Below the pieces are notes generated by a model, which saw only the letters and a program-made list of their open reading frames with translations, was not told the origin of the DNA and did no database searches. Both the position numbers and the translations under genes were made by a program. Of a stretch of 59,057 nt of DNA, positions 18,062 through 29,000 are shown piece by piece. The DNA is taken from positions 1-59,057 of the IMG/VR virus record IMGVR_UViG_3300037524_000403; one strand, given 5' to 3'. This DNA comes from a virus. Lineage: Duplodnaviria > Caudoviricetes. Numbering within the stretch: position 1 is the stretch's first letter; each line of letters opens with the position of its first letter.

Positions 18062-21000
18062 TTGGACAAGAAATTCCAGACTGAGATTGCACCTGGCGAG
18101 CCTTCCTTTGAGGAAGAGGCGGTACTGCCACCGATTGAAGTTCCAAACACGGAGGAGCCTGAGCCTGCATCAGAGCTTGGCCAAAGTGAGTTTGGCGTAG
18201 GTGATGCTCTTCCTCCCGGCCTTACCGTTGATGAGCAAGCCTCCCCCAGCGATATTTTCATTGATGAGGGCGAGGAAGCCCTTAGGCAGGAGCAAGGTCT
18301 GGAGGCCTTGAAGGGCCTAGTGATCTTAGAGGATCGCAGCCGGAAGCTGCGCGAGACTGGCAAGACGCTTGGCAGCATTCTGGATAAAGCCGCTCGTGAC
18401 CCAGGCCTAAAGCCGATTGTCCCCTTAGATGTTCTGGAGGAGTCGTTCCCAGACCAGAACGTGATGCAGCAAAGGTTGGCTCCGACAGAGGAGCAGCGTC
18501 AGAAGTTTGCGCTTGAGTCTGTTGGCATGGGCCACTGGGCTCGTGCTTGGGGCAATCACCTCATTATGGAGGGCAAGGGCCTCAAGGCTAAGGGCCAAGA
18601 GGCATTTGGGGAATCTCTGATTCAGCAGGGCCAGTGGTACGTCGCCAACGCCCCCAAGAGGGACGTGGAGCTTTTTGCTGAGATTGATTCTGTCAGTAAG
18701 GGCTTCCAATGGGGTGCTGAATCCGCTGAGGAGGGCGCGGCATCCTCTTTGCCTTACCTTGCGATGGGTGCTGTTGCTAAAGCTCTCAGCCTTGGCGCAA
18801 CCCTCCCTATGGTTGTTGCGGGCCAAAACTCTGGATCTGGTCAGGTTGTCCTCTCTTTGGAGGAGATGCGGGACGAGTTCGACCGCTTGGCTTTTGAGGC
18901 TGAGGACGCGGGCCAAGGCAAGATGGCCCAATACTACAAGTATCAGGCCAAGAACATGGACCCTGGTAATCACCAAGCCCTGGTTCAGTCCTTTGGCGTT
19001 GTTGTTAGCGGCTTGAATGTCGCTACAGAAAGGGTGGCTATTTTCAACTCAGCCCCCAAGCATTTGGTGGATGAGGCAAAGAAGATCCTCATTCGCAGGG
19101 CTGTTAGCCACATGGCCCTGAAGGGCGCTGGCGGCGGCTTCATGGAAGGCGTCACAGAGGTTCTTGAAGACTTCAGCACTCAAGTCGCGGCTATGAACGC
19201 AATGGGCCTTGATGCGTGGGTTTCCATGCAGGCCTCCGCTGCGGATATGCTGAAGCTGAAGGATCATCCTACCAAGGCAGGCGTTCAGTATCGCGGCGCT
19301 ACAGAGTCGTTCACCGCAGGTGCAGCCGCAGGCACGATGCTTGGTACGGGCGGCGCTGGGGTAGATGTTGCTCGCGTGGCACTGGCAGGCCGCAGGGGCT
19401 CCGCCACGGATGCTGGCGTTGGCGTAGATGGCCTCCCGACTGAGTTCCCCGCTCCGCTCCCCCCAGAGTTGATGCAGCCGCAGCAGCCCGCTGCCCCTGC
19501 CCAAGAGCCTGTCATTCTGGATGACGCTCAGTCCGCAAAGCTCAAAGAGTACCTTGCCAACCCTGCGAACCTCACCCGTCCCAAGGACTACAAGGCGATT
19601 GGGGAGGCGCTGGGGATACCGGAGGATAAGGTCCCCGCTGCCCTTGATAGCGCAGTAGAGGACGGGACTCTCCGCAAGGACAACCGTGGGATCTACCGCA
19701 GGAACAACGTAGAGCCCGCCAAGCCACTTATACCGGAAACTGGGGAGGCAGCCGGTGATCAGTTTATACTACCGGAGCCCGCCAGTGAGACGACGCAAGA
19801 GGCCCAACCGGAACTTGCCCAGTCAGAGGTGGTTCCTACTCCTGCCGGTGAGGTACAAGCTGGAGTGGCTGAGGCCCAGGCCGGGACAGATCAAGTATCC
19901 GTTGCCATTGACCCGGCCACTCAAATCCGTGAGATCGAGGGGCGTATAGAGTCCAAGCGCCAAGAGCTTGCTGATGTTCGCTCTGGCATCAAGGGGGCCT
20001 CCAAGGAAGAGCAGGCCCAGATCAAGGATCGCTCCGACTCCCTGCGCAAGGAGATCAAGGCCCTTCAAAAGGAACTGAAGGCTGTAGAGTCTGCCCCTGC
20101 CAGGGTGGCTCAGCCTCAGGAAACGGCTGCCCAGCCTACTCCACAGCAGGAACTAAAGGCGGCTCCCCAGCCTGAGTTCAAGCCTGAGGAGCGTAAGCAG
20201 GCGGAGGCGGCCACCCAGAAGGCTGCGGCTGAGTACCTTCCCGGCATTACGGAGCAAGAGGCCACACGTCTTAATGAGCTTGCCATTGACCAAGGCAAGT
20301 CTGTAGAGGATTCTCTTGAAAACCTATTCAAGGAATATGCGGAGAGCTTAGTCGGTGCCAACCCAGTTAACAACGCTACAGCGACGCCTCAACAATCTCC
20401 AGTACCTCAAGAGCGTGCGGGAGAAGGTGACAGACCCGCAGGCCAGGGAGAAGCTGATGCGGTACGAGAGGGCGATGCTCAGCCTGGCCAAGAAGGCACT
20501 GGCGGAGGAATCCTCGCCCGCCAAGATGTAATCCCGTTTGCCGTCTATAGGAACGAGCGTGCCCGCGCTGCCTTTAAGTTTGCAGAGAAGATTGAGCTTC
20601 GCCTGCGCGAGGCGTTGGGCCTTACAGAAGAGGCCAAGACCAAGCGGTTCATATCTAAAATTAAGCCCCTTACCAAGGACGGTAAGGCTATCCAGGTCAA
20701 GCTCTTTGACCGGACCCTTAAAGGTTTGTCCTCTACTGAGCAGGCGTTTGTTAGAGAGGCAGAGGGAGGTGGCAGCGGCCAACCCGTCTTTGCGTTTTAT
20801 AACTACGACACAAGCACGATTGCGCTCTCTTTATATGCCGGGACAGAGGCCGGTGATACTATCAGGTCATTCCTTGCGCACGAAGTCGTCCATGCCTTGG
20901 TTGACATTGGCGTCATCACTCGGGCGGAAGTTAAGCTCCTTGCTAAAGAAGCAGAGAAGTTCTCCCCAAGAGCGCTGAAAGAGATTGAGCGGGCCTATAA

Positions 21001-24000
21001 GACCCTCTACCGCCGCGAGTCCCCAGCCAGACTTACAGAGCTGATTGAAGAGGAAAAGGCTGCCTTCCTTGTCCAGGTCAACATGGACAACAAGCTCAAG
21101 GCAGAGGAGAGCCTGATCCGTGACATCCTGGATCGCATCAAGGAATTTCTTGATGGACTTCGCGCTGCCTTCCGTGGAGAGGGAGATCAGGAAAAGATCA
21201 CTTGGCTCGATGTTATCCAGACCCTGGTGGATACCAAGGTCGGCAGTGGGCAGGCTGGACCCTATGTCAATCAGGATGAACTGACTCGGGCGATCGAAAA
21301 GATCAGGGCGGATCTTGCAAAAGAGAAGCGCATCCCTGCTGCATCTGTTCTTAAGGCTATAGAGAAAGCCACGGACGAGCTTGCAGCCCAGCCTGCTCCA
21401 GTCGTCGGAACTAAGCGAGCAACCCTTTCTATCCCAGGCCTAAAGCGCCCCCTCTCTCCAGCAGAGGTGGCAGAGGCACGCCGCAAGGAACAGTCTGTCC
21501 TTGGCCCATTCCCGCCAAGCCCAGTCGTTGCGGATATGACGGGCCTTCCGCCGGTCGGTTTTCAAGCCGACATCCGGCACATCCTGAGCAAGCGCCAGGG
21601 CAAGGATGACGAGCGGTTTATGAAGATGCCGCAGTCGGAGCAGGAGGTTCGTGAGAACATCTCCCGCGTCCTGGAAGATCCTCACTTTGGCTACGTCTAC
21701 AAGACGGGCAACATCACGCTCATCCATCGGACAGATGAGTTTGACTACGTGGTTGCTGTGAAGCCAAAGGTATCAGGGTATGCAGATGCTGGCGGACAGT
21801 ACCTGGAAATCCCCACATCCTTTGTCCTCAAAAAGGGACAGATAGACCAAAGACTGATTGCGTCCTTGGAGGATGGCGGCCCTGAGAATTTATATTGGAG
21901 AAAGGGTGCGGCCGAGATTGACAGGTTGCTGTATATCGTTCGACAGGCCCGAGGCCAAGGCAGCAGCCCTTTCATTTCTCAAGCTATCACACAGCTCCAG
22001 AAAGAGCAACTGGCTCTCAAGGGCGTTAAGCCAAAGATCCTTGCCGCGCTTGCGCCGAGCCCAAACAATCCTAATCCCGTCAGGGGCCTCAACACCATCA
22101 TCCGGGAGTTGGCGGATGGAATGGGCGTGGTGCTCAAGCAAGGGCACAGCAAGAAATGGGGATACAAGTCTAAGGTCGGTGTAATCCGGCAAAAGCAGTA
22201 TTACGATTTTGCTGCTCTTTCCCAGAACCTTGTCCCGGTCATCAACCAGCGCTACGGCCAGGCCTACAGCGATCTCATTGCCAAGCACGCCACTGAGCTT
22301 GGAATGATGACCCAGACTTTGGACCCCGAGGTTGGGCACTACGAGTTCGTCCAGCTCTACCTCTCTGATCCGAATACTGCGATCCAGAAGGCTCCCAACT
22401 TCTACGAGGATTTTGAGGACTTCCTGGAAAGGAACAGGCCTAGCGACTTGCTGGCCATGCAGACGGCTCAGTACGCCTTCCAGGAATATCAAAAGGCTGA
22501 TCCTGTCGCTGCTGTAGAGAGCATGATCACTCCTGCGGATGGCACGACGAACGTAGATAAGGTCAAGAAGCAGATTGCCCGTGATGGCGTCTATGAGACG
22601 CTGAAGAACGGGTTCCTGCTGGTCTACTCCAACGTCATCTCCCGCTCCTCGCCCAACAAGAGCTTGGTGCGCGGCATCCTGAATGCTGACTTGGAAGCTA
22701 CCGGGGAAAAGCGCCAGCTTTTACCCTCACAAGATCCCGACAAGCTGTTCCGCATGATCCCCTACGCTCAGCAAGCGGGGACGATGGACATCAAGGAAGG
22801 CATTGAACTTCCCAACGGTCAGAAGATTAGCAAGGGCCTGCCTGAGATTTTGAGGACTGCGCTGGGGGATGATCGGACTGTGGCTGCCAGCCTGAAGGAA
22901 GGCAGCAAGTATTCCCACTTCCTGACCTACCTTGTCTCTCTCCGTGGCCGTCAGCTTTGGGACAAGTACGCGGCTGGTGAGCTAGAGCGCTCTCCCTGCG
23001 TCACCCCAAGGTCTGTGATGGATACTGCCATCCAGCAGCTTGAGGCCCAGTATCCTGAGTTTGTCCAGGCTCAAAAGGAGTTGAACAAGTTTACCCGTGG
23101 GATGCTGCGTCTCCGCCGTGAGATCGGGATGCTCACGGAGAAGGATTACCAGAACCTTTTGAAGGACAAATACTACGTCCCCTGGCAGCGCTCTTTTGAT
23201 GAGGAGATTGCTGTTCTCTTTGACAAGACTTCCGGCATCAACTCAGCCAAGTTTGATCAGAGGTTCCGTGGCTCGAATAGAGACATCATTGATCCGTTTG
23301 TCTCCCTAACCAAGGCTGTCTACGCCACCCGGAATGCCCATGCCCAGAACCGCTGGGTCAAATCCCTGATCAATCTTGCGGAGAGCACGGGGCCGGTGGG
23401 CGGCAAGTTCGTGGAGAGGATTAGCGCTCAGCAGCTTAAGGCCATGAACGTCAGCATTGACGAGGCCATTACGGCTGTGGCCCGTGAGCAGGGGCTGAGC
23501 AAGCAGGATACCAATGACCTCTTGGTGGAGGTTGCTGCCGATCTAGGATCGGACGCAATTGCGACCTTGTTCCGCTCGTCCGTCATCAAGGCTGGCAACA
23601 AGCCGATTGCCTTCTTCATGGAAGATGGGAAGGTTCAGGCCGTCCAGATCAACGACGCTGGCACGGCTCAGATGCTCTTTGACTCCATCAACCTGATGAA
23701 CAATGACGCAAGCAATTGGCTAATACAGGCATTCTCTCTAACAACGCAGATACAGCGCGCAACCATCGTCACCAGCATCCCCTACATCTTTGCCACCTCG
23801 ATGCGAGACTTCGTGGCTGCTCCCAGCTACGAGCGCCGGATGGTTCCGTTCTTCTCTCAAGCCAGCGGAGCCCTCAAGATATTCCGGGGAGATCCACTCC
23901 TTGCTGAGTACGTTCGTGCCGGTGGCTTGATGGGTGGTCCCGTCTCCCACGGTATGGATCAGCGTAAGCTGGACGAGGGGATCGATAAGCTCGTGGCGCT

Positions 24001-26056
24001 GGGCTACGGCGTGGATAAGAGCACGTCTCTGTCAGACTTCTTTAGAAAATGGTCTACCAGACTAGAATACACGGAAACCTCAACCCGCATTAAGCTCTAC
24101 GAGCACGCTAAGAACAGAGCGCTGAAGCAGGGCCTCTCGGAGATGGAAGCGCGGCTAGAGGCTGCGTTTTACGCCAACGATTATTCTGACTATGCCCTAC
24201 ATGGGATGCGGACGTATCCCATCCGCAAGATGATCGCCTTTTGGAACGCCTCTCTCCGTGGTGTGGAGCGGTTTGTCAAGACGGCCACCTCTCAGGGTGA
24301 TTACGGCACGAACTACCGGATGATCAATCCGTATCTCAAATACAAGTTTGGTCAGTTTGAGGGATGGTCAAAGGGCACCGGCAACGTCAAGGGTCAGGCT
24401 CTTGTGGGCGCTGGGAAGATCACAAGGAACGAGATCAACCAGCTTGATCAAAGTGCGGCTGCCTTTTTCTACTGGGTCTTCTTTGTCGGCGGCATCTCCA
24501 TGATGCTTTACAATATGTTTGGAGATGATGAGCGGTTGCGTGATGTGCCGGATGACATCAAGGCCACGCACTGGATCATCCCCACGGGCAAGATGCTCAA
24601 CCTATTCCCCAAGGACTCCCTATTCACAGACATCCTAAAGTCTATGGGTTTAACGGAAGATACGATCAACCGCTGGCCCAAGCCCTTTGAGTCTGCCTGG
24701 CTTGCCAACTTGATTGAGCGTCTGTTGCACGAGCAGCAAAAGGAAGACCCGAACTGGTTTACCAGGTTCAAGCGGGACTTCTTTGATGCAACGCTGCCGC
24801 CTATGACGCCAACGTGGCTGAGCCTGTACAATATTCTTGGCAGCGGCATAGACCCCATGTCCAAGAAGCCTCTTCTTTCTCGTAGAGAGCAGGCGCTAGA
24901 CCCCAAGGACCAGTACAAGCCTTACACCTCTGAGTTTGCAAAGTGGCTGGGCGAGAAGACGAATACCTCTCCCATTATGATCGATGCCTCGCTCAAGGCT
25001 CTAGGTACAACCTGGGCTCGTGACATTCTCACGCTCAACATCCCAGGCACGCCTTGGTACGACGATCGCAAGCCCATCCTTGGCACGGATGAGTACGTGA
25101 TCATGCGGCGCTTTACGTGGGCTGCCGGTAAGGGCTCTGAGGCCAACCGCAATCTCAAGGAGATGATGGGTGAGGAGGACCCGGTTGGGGGTGTGTTCAC
25201 CCGCCTCTCTGTCCCGTTCTCCCGTCTCGCCATGCGCTCCAAGACTTACGCGGAGCGGCTAAAGACATCCACTGCGGACTCGGTGAATAGATACCTGGCA
25301 GAGATGACCCCGCGAGAGCGGGGTTATTCAATTCTGATGGCTGGTTCTGCGGGCAGGGACTCAAAGCTGGAGAAGCTGGACCCGACGAATAGAGCCTATG
25401 AGATCGGCTCCAATGCCTACGCTCTCCAAAAGGAACTGACCAAGGGAACGCTTGTCCTGGACAAGGGCGGGAAGAAGGAAAGCCGCGTCCAGATTGATGC
25501 CCAGACGGAGGCCCGTGCCAAGAGCACGCTGATGCTGATCCAGGCTCAGGAGGCTCACAACGCTTTGGTCCTGACTGGAGAACCTGGCTACGCCAAGCGT
25601 GTCTTGATCGATGTGCAGCCTCTGTACGAGGAGCTGAAGCTGAGCGATCCGCAGATTTACGACGAGCTAAAGCGGAGGAACGAGAAGGCCAATGTTCTCC
25701 CGTTTGAAGGCATCAAGGCTGTGTGGCCTCAACTTCAAAGGCAATTGGAGAGTGATGAGGCATACAGGTTTGCGCAGGAGGGAAGGCCTGAGCAGGTCAA
25801 ATCCCTGATTAGGGATCTGTGGTTCAAGGCCAAGTACCCTGCAACCAAGATGATGAAGCTTGGAGGCCCCAAGCTTCCAGATACGACTCTCTACGAGGAT
25901 GGCTCACGCAATCCAAAGTTTGAGAAGTGGCCCGATCAGGACCGCATGGAACTGAACGAGGATGAGAGTGATGCAGCCGCGATGGCCGTCGATGAGAACT
26001 ACGGGAAAAAGATGATCGTCAAACCTAAGCCGCAACCAAGGGAGCAGGGGATTTAA
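18062..26056 (+). CDS. Giant internal virion/ejection polyvalent protein (gp16-like position), HEXXH metallopeptidase-like and LPD38-like regions
   Basis: 2664 aa; LAHEVVHAL zincin motif; YYVPWQR, AFWNASLRG and RWPKPFE motifs in the C-half; TTG start. Confidence 0.72.
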   Translation: MDKKFQTEIAPGEPSFEEEAVLPPIEVPNTEEPEPASELGQSEFGVGDALPPGLTVDEQASPSDIFIDEGEEALRQEQGLEALKGLVILEDRSRKLRETGKTLGSILDKAARDPGLKPIVPLDVLEESFPDQNVMQQRLAPTEEQRQKFALESVGMGHWARAWGNHLIMEGKGLKAKGQEAFGESLIQQGQWYVANAPKRDVELFAEIDSVSKGFQWGAESAEEGAASSLPYLAMGAVAKALSLGATLPMVVAGQNSGSGQVVLSLEEMRDEFDRLAFEAEDAGQGKMAQYYKYQAKNMDPGNHQALVQSFGVVVSGLNVATERVAIFNSAPKHLVDEAKKILIRRAVSHMALKGAGGGFMEGVTEVLEDFSTQVAAMNAMGLDAWVSMQASAADMLKLKDHPTKAGVQYRGATESFTAGAAAGTMLGTGGAGVDVARVALAGRRGSATDAGVGVDGLPTEFPAPLPPELMQPQQPAAPAQEPVILDDAQSAKLKEYLANPANLTRPKDYKAIGEALGIPEDKVPAALDSAVEDGTLRKDNRGIYRRNNVEPAKPLIPETGEAAGDQFILPEPASETTQEAQPELAQSEVVPTPAGEVQAGVAEAQAGTDQVSVAIDPATQIREIEGRIESKRQELADVRSGIKGASKEEQAQIKDRSDSLRKEIKALQKELKAVESAPARVAQPQETAAQPTPQQELKAAPQPEFKPEERKQAEAATQKAAAEYLPGITEQEATRLNELAIDQGKSVEDSLENLFKEYAESLVGANPVNNATATPQQSPVPQERAGEGDRPAGQGEADAVREGDAQPGQEGTGGGILARQDVIPFAVYRNERARAAFKFAEKIELRLREALGLTEEAKTKRFISKIKPLTKDGKAIQVKLFDRTLKGLSSTEQAFVREAEGGGSGQPVFAFYNYDTSTIALSLYAGTEAGDTIRSFLAHEVVHALVDIGVITRAEVKLLAKEAEKFSPRALKEIERAYKTLYRRESPARLTELIEEEKAAFLVQVNMDNKLKAEESLIRDILDRIKEFLDGLRAAFRGEGDQEKITWLDVIQTLVDTKVGSGQAGPYVNQDELTRAIEKIRADLAKEKRIPAASVLKAIEKATDELAAQPAPVVGTKRATLSIPGLKRPLSPAEVAEARRKEQSVLGPFPPSPVVADMTGLPPVGFQADIRHILSKRQGKDDERFMKMPQSEQEVRENISRVLEDPHFGYVYKTGNITLIHRTDEFDYVVAVKPKVSGYADAGGQYLEIPTSFVLKKGQIDQRLIASLEDGGPENLYWRKGAAEIDRLLYIVRQARGQGSSPFISQAITQLQKEQLALKGVKPKILAALAPSPNNPNPVRGLNTIIRELADGMGVVLKQGHSKKWGYKSKVGVIRQKQYYDFAALSQNLVPVINQRYGQAYSDLIAKHATELGMMTQTLDPEVGHYEFVQLYLSDPNTAIQKAPNFYEDFEDFLERNRPSDLLAMQTAQYAFQEYQKADPVAAVESMITPADGTTNVDKVKKQIARDGVYETLKNGFLLVYSNVISRSSPNKSLVRGILNADLEATGEKRQLLPSQDPDKLFRMIPYAQQAGTMDIKEGIELPNGQKISKGLPEILRTALGDDRTVAASLKEGSKYSHFLTYLVSLRGRQLWDKYAAGELERSPCVTPRSVMDTAIQQLEAQYPEFVQAQKELNKFTRGMLRLRREIGMLTEKDYQNLLKDKYYVPWQRSFDEEIAVLFDKTSGINSAKFDQRFRGSNRDIIDPFVSLTKAVYATRNAHAQNRWVKSLINLAESTGPVGGKFVERISAQQLKAMNVSIDEAITAVAREQGLSKQDTNDLLVEVAADLGSDAIATLFRSSVIKAGNKPIAFFMEDGKVQAVQINDAGTAQMLFDSINLMNNDASNWLIQAFSLTTQIQRATIVTSIPYIFATSMRDFVAAPSYERRMVPFFSQASGALKIFRGDPLLAEYVRAGGLMGGPVSHGMDQRKLDEGIDKLVALGYGVDKSTSLSDFFRKWSTRLEYTETSTRIKLYEHAKNRALKQGLSEMEARLEAAFYANDYSDYALHGMRTYPIRKMIAFWNASLRGVERFVKTATSQGDYGTNYRMINPYLKYKFGQFEGWSKGTGNVKGQALVGAGKITRNEINQLDQSAAAFFYWVFFVGGISMMLYNMFGDDERLRDVPDDIKATHWIIPTGKMLNLFPKDSLFTDILKSMGLTEDTINRWPKPFESAWLANLIERLLHEQQKEDPNWFTRFKRDFFDATLPPMTPTWLSLYNILGSGIDPMSKKPLLSRREQALDPKDQYKPYTSEFAKWLGEKTNTSPIMIDASLKALGTTWARDILTLNIPGTPWYDDRKPILGTDEYVIMRRFTWAAGKGSEANRNLKEMMGEEDPVGGVFTRLSVPFSRLAMRSKTYAERLKTSTADSVNRYLAEMTPRERGYSILMAGSAGRDSKLEKLDPTNRAYEIGSNAYALQKELTKGTLVLDKGGKKESRVQIDAQTEARAKSTLMLIQAQEAHNALVLTGEPGYAKRVLIDVQPLYEELKLSDPQIYDELKRRNEKANVLPFEGIKAVWPQLQRQLESDEAYRFAQEGRPEQVKSLIRDLWFKAKYPATKMMKLGGPKLPDTTLYEDGSRNPKFEKWPDQDRMELNEDESDAAAMAVDENYGKKMIVKPKPQPREQGI

Positions 26057-26059
26057 TAT

Positions 26060-29000
26060 ATGACTGTTAGCTCTGTAAACTCTACTGTTACGTACACTGG
26101 CTCGGGTAACACCGGGCCATTTTCAATTCCATTCTATTTTGCCTCGACCTCTGAGCTAATTGTCACCAAGACAAGCTCTGCTGGTATTGAGACAACCCTT
26201 GCGAGCCCTGGTGACTATGCGGCCTCCGGGGCGGGCTCGGATACGGGGGCCATTACCCTTACCACTGCATTGCCGGTGGGAGAGACGCTTACGATAAGCC
26301 GGATGACCACCCGGACTCAGACGCTTGATCTTGTGCGGTCGTTTATTGATCCAGAGCGCATGGAGTCGGCCCTCGATCGCCTCGCGCGTTCTGGCATTGA
26401 CTTGTGGCGCGAGGTTGGCCGGTCACTTCGCCTTTATGAGGACGATGTTTCTGGCTCTGGGGCGTGGGACGCAGAGAACAACAAGATCAGCAGGCTTACT
26501 CCTGGCGTGGCATCTACGGATGCTGCAACCAAGGGGCAAGTTGATAGCATTGCTGGATCGGCTGATGCAGCCGCTGCCAGCGCAGCCGCTGCTGCTGCAA
26601 GCGCAGCCGCCGCCGCCGCCTCGGCTGAGAGCATCGAAGATGTTATTTCTGGCTCCGTGGCTTCGTTTGAGGGCCGAACTGGTGTTGTCGTTTCCCAGGC
26701 TGGTGATTACACGGCGTCAGAGATTACCAACGTCCCCAGCGGGAATCTCTCCGCTGCCAACGTCCAGGCCGCTCTTAACGAATTGCAGGCCGATATTGAT
26801 GGAAGGCAGCCCCTTGATGCTGAGCTGACCGCCCTTGCTGGACTTGTCTCATCTGCGAACAAGCTTGCCTACTACACTGGCTCCGGGACAGCAGCCCTAA
26901 CCGACCTTACCGCTTTTGCAAGAAACTTGCTCGATGACGCAGATGCGGCAACAGCGAGAGCTACCCTTGGCCTTACGATAGGTACGAATGTTCAAGGTTG
27001 GGACACTGACCTTGACCACTACGCTGCCAATGTCAGCCCGTTTTTCAAAACGCTAATAGATGACGTGGACGCTGCTGCGGCACGCACGACACTCGGCCTT
27101 GGCACGGCGGCTACATCTGCCGCTTCCTCATTCCAAGCTGCGGACCCGACGCTTGCGGCTCTAGCCTCTTACAACACGAATGGGATACTGGCGCAGACGG
27201 CAGCCGATACGTTCGTTGGGCGCACGATCACGCCTGGCTCGGGCATCACGATCTCTAACGGTGATGGCGTTGCAGGAAACCCGTCCATTGCTATGGATAT
27301 AAACGGGCTCCTTAACCGCACGAGCTGGGGGCCTGGCGATAAGATCCCGATCTATCAGGCTGGAGTTGGCATCAGAAAGATTGACTATGCCGACATTCCG
27401 GCGGGCGGTGGCGGGCTCTCTGCCGCTTATGCCAACGTCACAGACGGGACTAACTCTGCCGCTGCCGTGGCCTCTGACACTTTGAAGTTCAGAGTCGGGA
27501 CGGGCCTAACCGTCACTGTTGGCAACAACGATCTGACGCACGGTGATAACGTCCTTTTCTCGCTGGATAGCAAGCTTTCCAACCTTGCTAGCGTGACGGG
27601 CGCTTCTGATACGCTTCCGTATATGACGGGGGCAAGCACATGGGGGACAACGGCCCTCTCTGGATTTGCCAGGACGCTCCTGGACGATACGGACTCCTCT
27701 GCTGCTCGTACGACTTTGGGCCTCAACATTGGCGTCAACGTACAGGCCTACGATGTAGAGCTTGCAGCTCTGTCTGGGCTTACGTCCGCTGCGAACAAGC
27801 TTCCATACTTTACTGGCTCTGGAACGGCAGCAACAACGGATCTATCTCCATTTGCTCGCGGGCTTCTTGATGACACGGATGTTGGGACGGCACGCACCAC
27901 TCTGGAGCTTACGAATGCCCTTGTCTTTGACACAAGAGCCCTAGCCATAGCTGCAACAATTCCTGCTGATGTAGATTCGTTTAGGACCCTTGGTTATTCC
28001 GCTGTTGGGGATGGCGGAGGTGCCCGCTACATCCGATCAGCATCCGGCCCAGCGTCCACGTTTGGACGTTGGAGGTTCCAATCCGCAGATGGCGCATGGT
28101 GGCGACTGGATGAGCCAGAACCAGACGTGATGATGTTCGGGGCTCTTGGCGATGCCACGGATGGCGGAACGATCGGCACAGACGATAGCGAAGCATTTTC
28201 CGACGGCATCGAATATCTAAAAACCATCTACGGTGGTGGCACGTTACGCATCCACAAGCGCCACATCATTGACGACAGCTCGATAGACATTAAATCGGGT
28301 GTTCATCTGAAGGGCCAGCAGGCGCGGCCTGGATTGCTGGAGAATTTAACGGACAGCTACGACGACACACATAGCGTCATCTACATCAATCCAGCCCATA
28401 ACTTGACGGTTCGGCCAACGTCGAGCGTTTCCAATTTGATTCTGATCCGAAAAGGGCTGATAACTCCCTATGCGAACGAAGCTGCGGCGATTGCCGACAA
28501 AGCGAATTTCTCTGGCACAGCTATTCTGGCTGTCGGCCAATGCCGAATAGAAAACATTCTCGCTTTAGGATTTGGGCGCGCGGTTGATACAGCAGTCGCT
28601 GGAGGCCGGTTTGATTTCGTCGGCGTGTGGTTTGATTGCACACATGGCATCAGAATAATTGGATCTGGTGACATCACGGTTTGCGACCGGTGCCACGGCA
28701 TCCCGTTTTTGACAACGAATCGCGGTTACGCCGCATCAACAATGGTTCGGACGGGAATTGCCTTTGAGTCGAACCCGACCAATGATTGGGGGCAATATCG
28801 AAATTGCTTCTGCATCGGATGGTCAACTGGGTTTTATACGAATGGAACGGGAAGCGGCAGCTATACTTTTGTGAACTGTGGCGTTGACTGGTATCCGGGA
28901 GAGCCGGGCGCTGTGGTTGGCTTTTATGTCGGGGCGGCAGTTGGGGAGTCGGTGTTTTTAGGTTGCCAGACGATTATGCCAATCGCTTGGCATATCGAAA

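Noticed and set aside
26560-27920. GCN run and ~50-aa repeats in the tail fibre as a separate repeat element
   Set aside because: They are explained by poly-Ala and protein-level fibre repeats.
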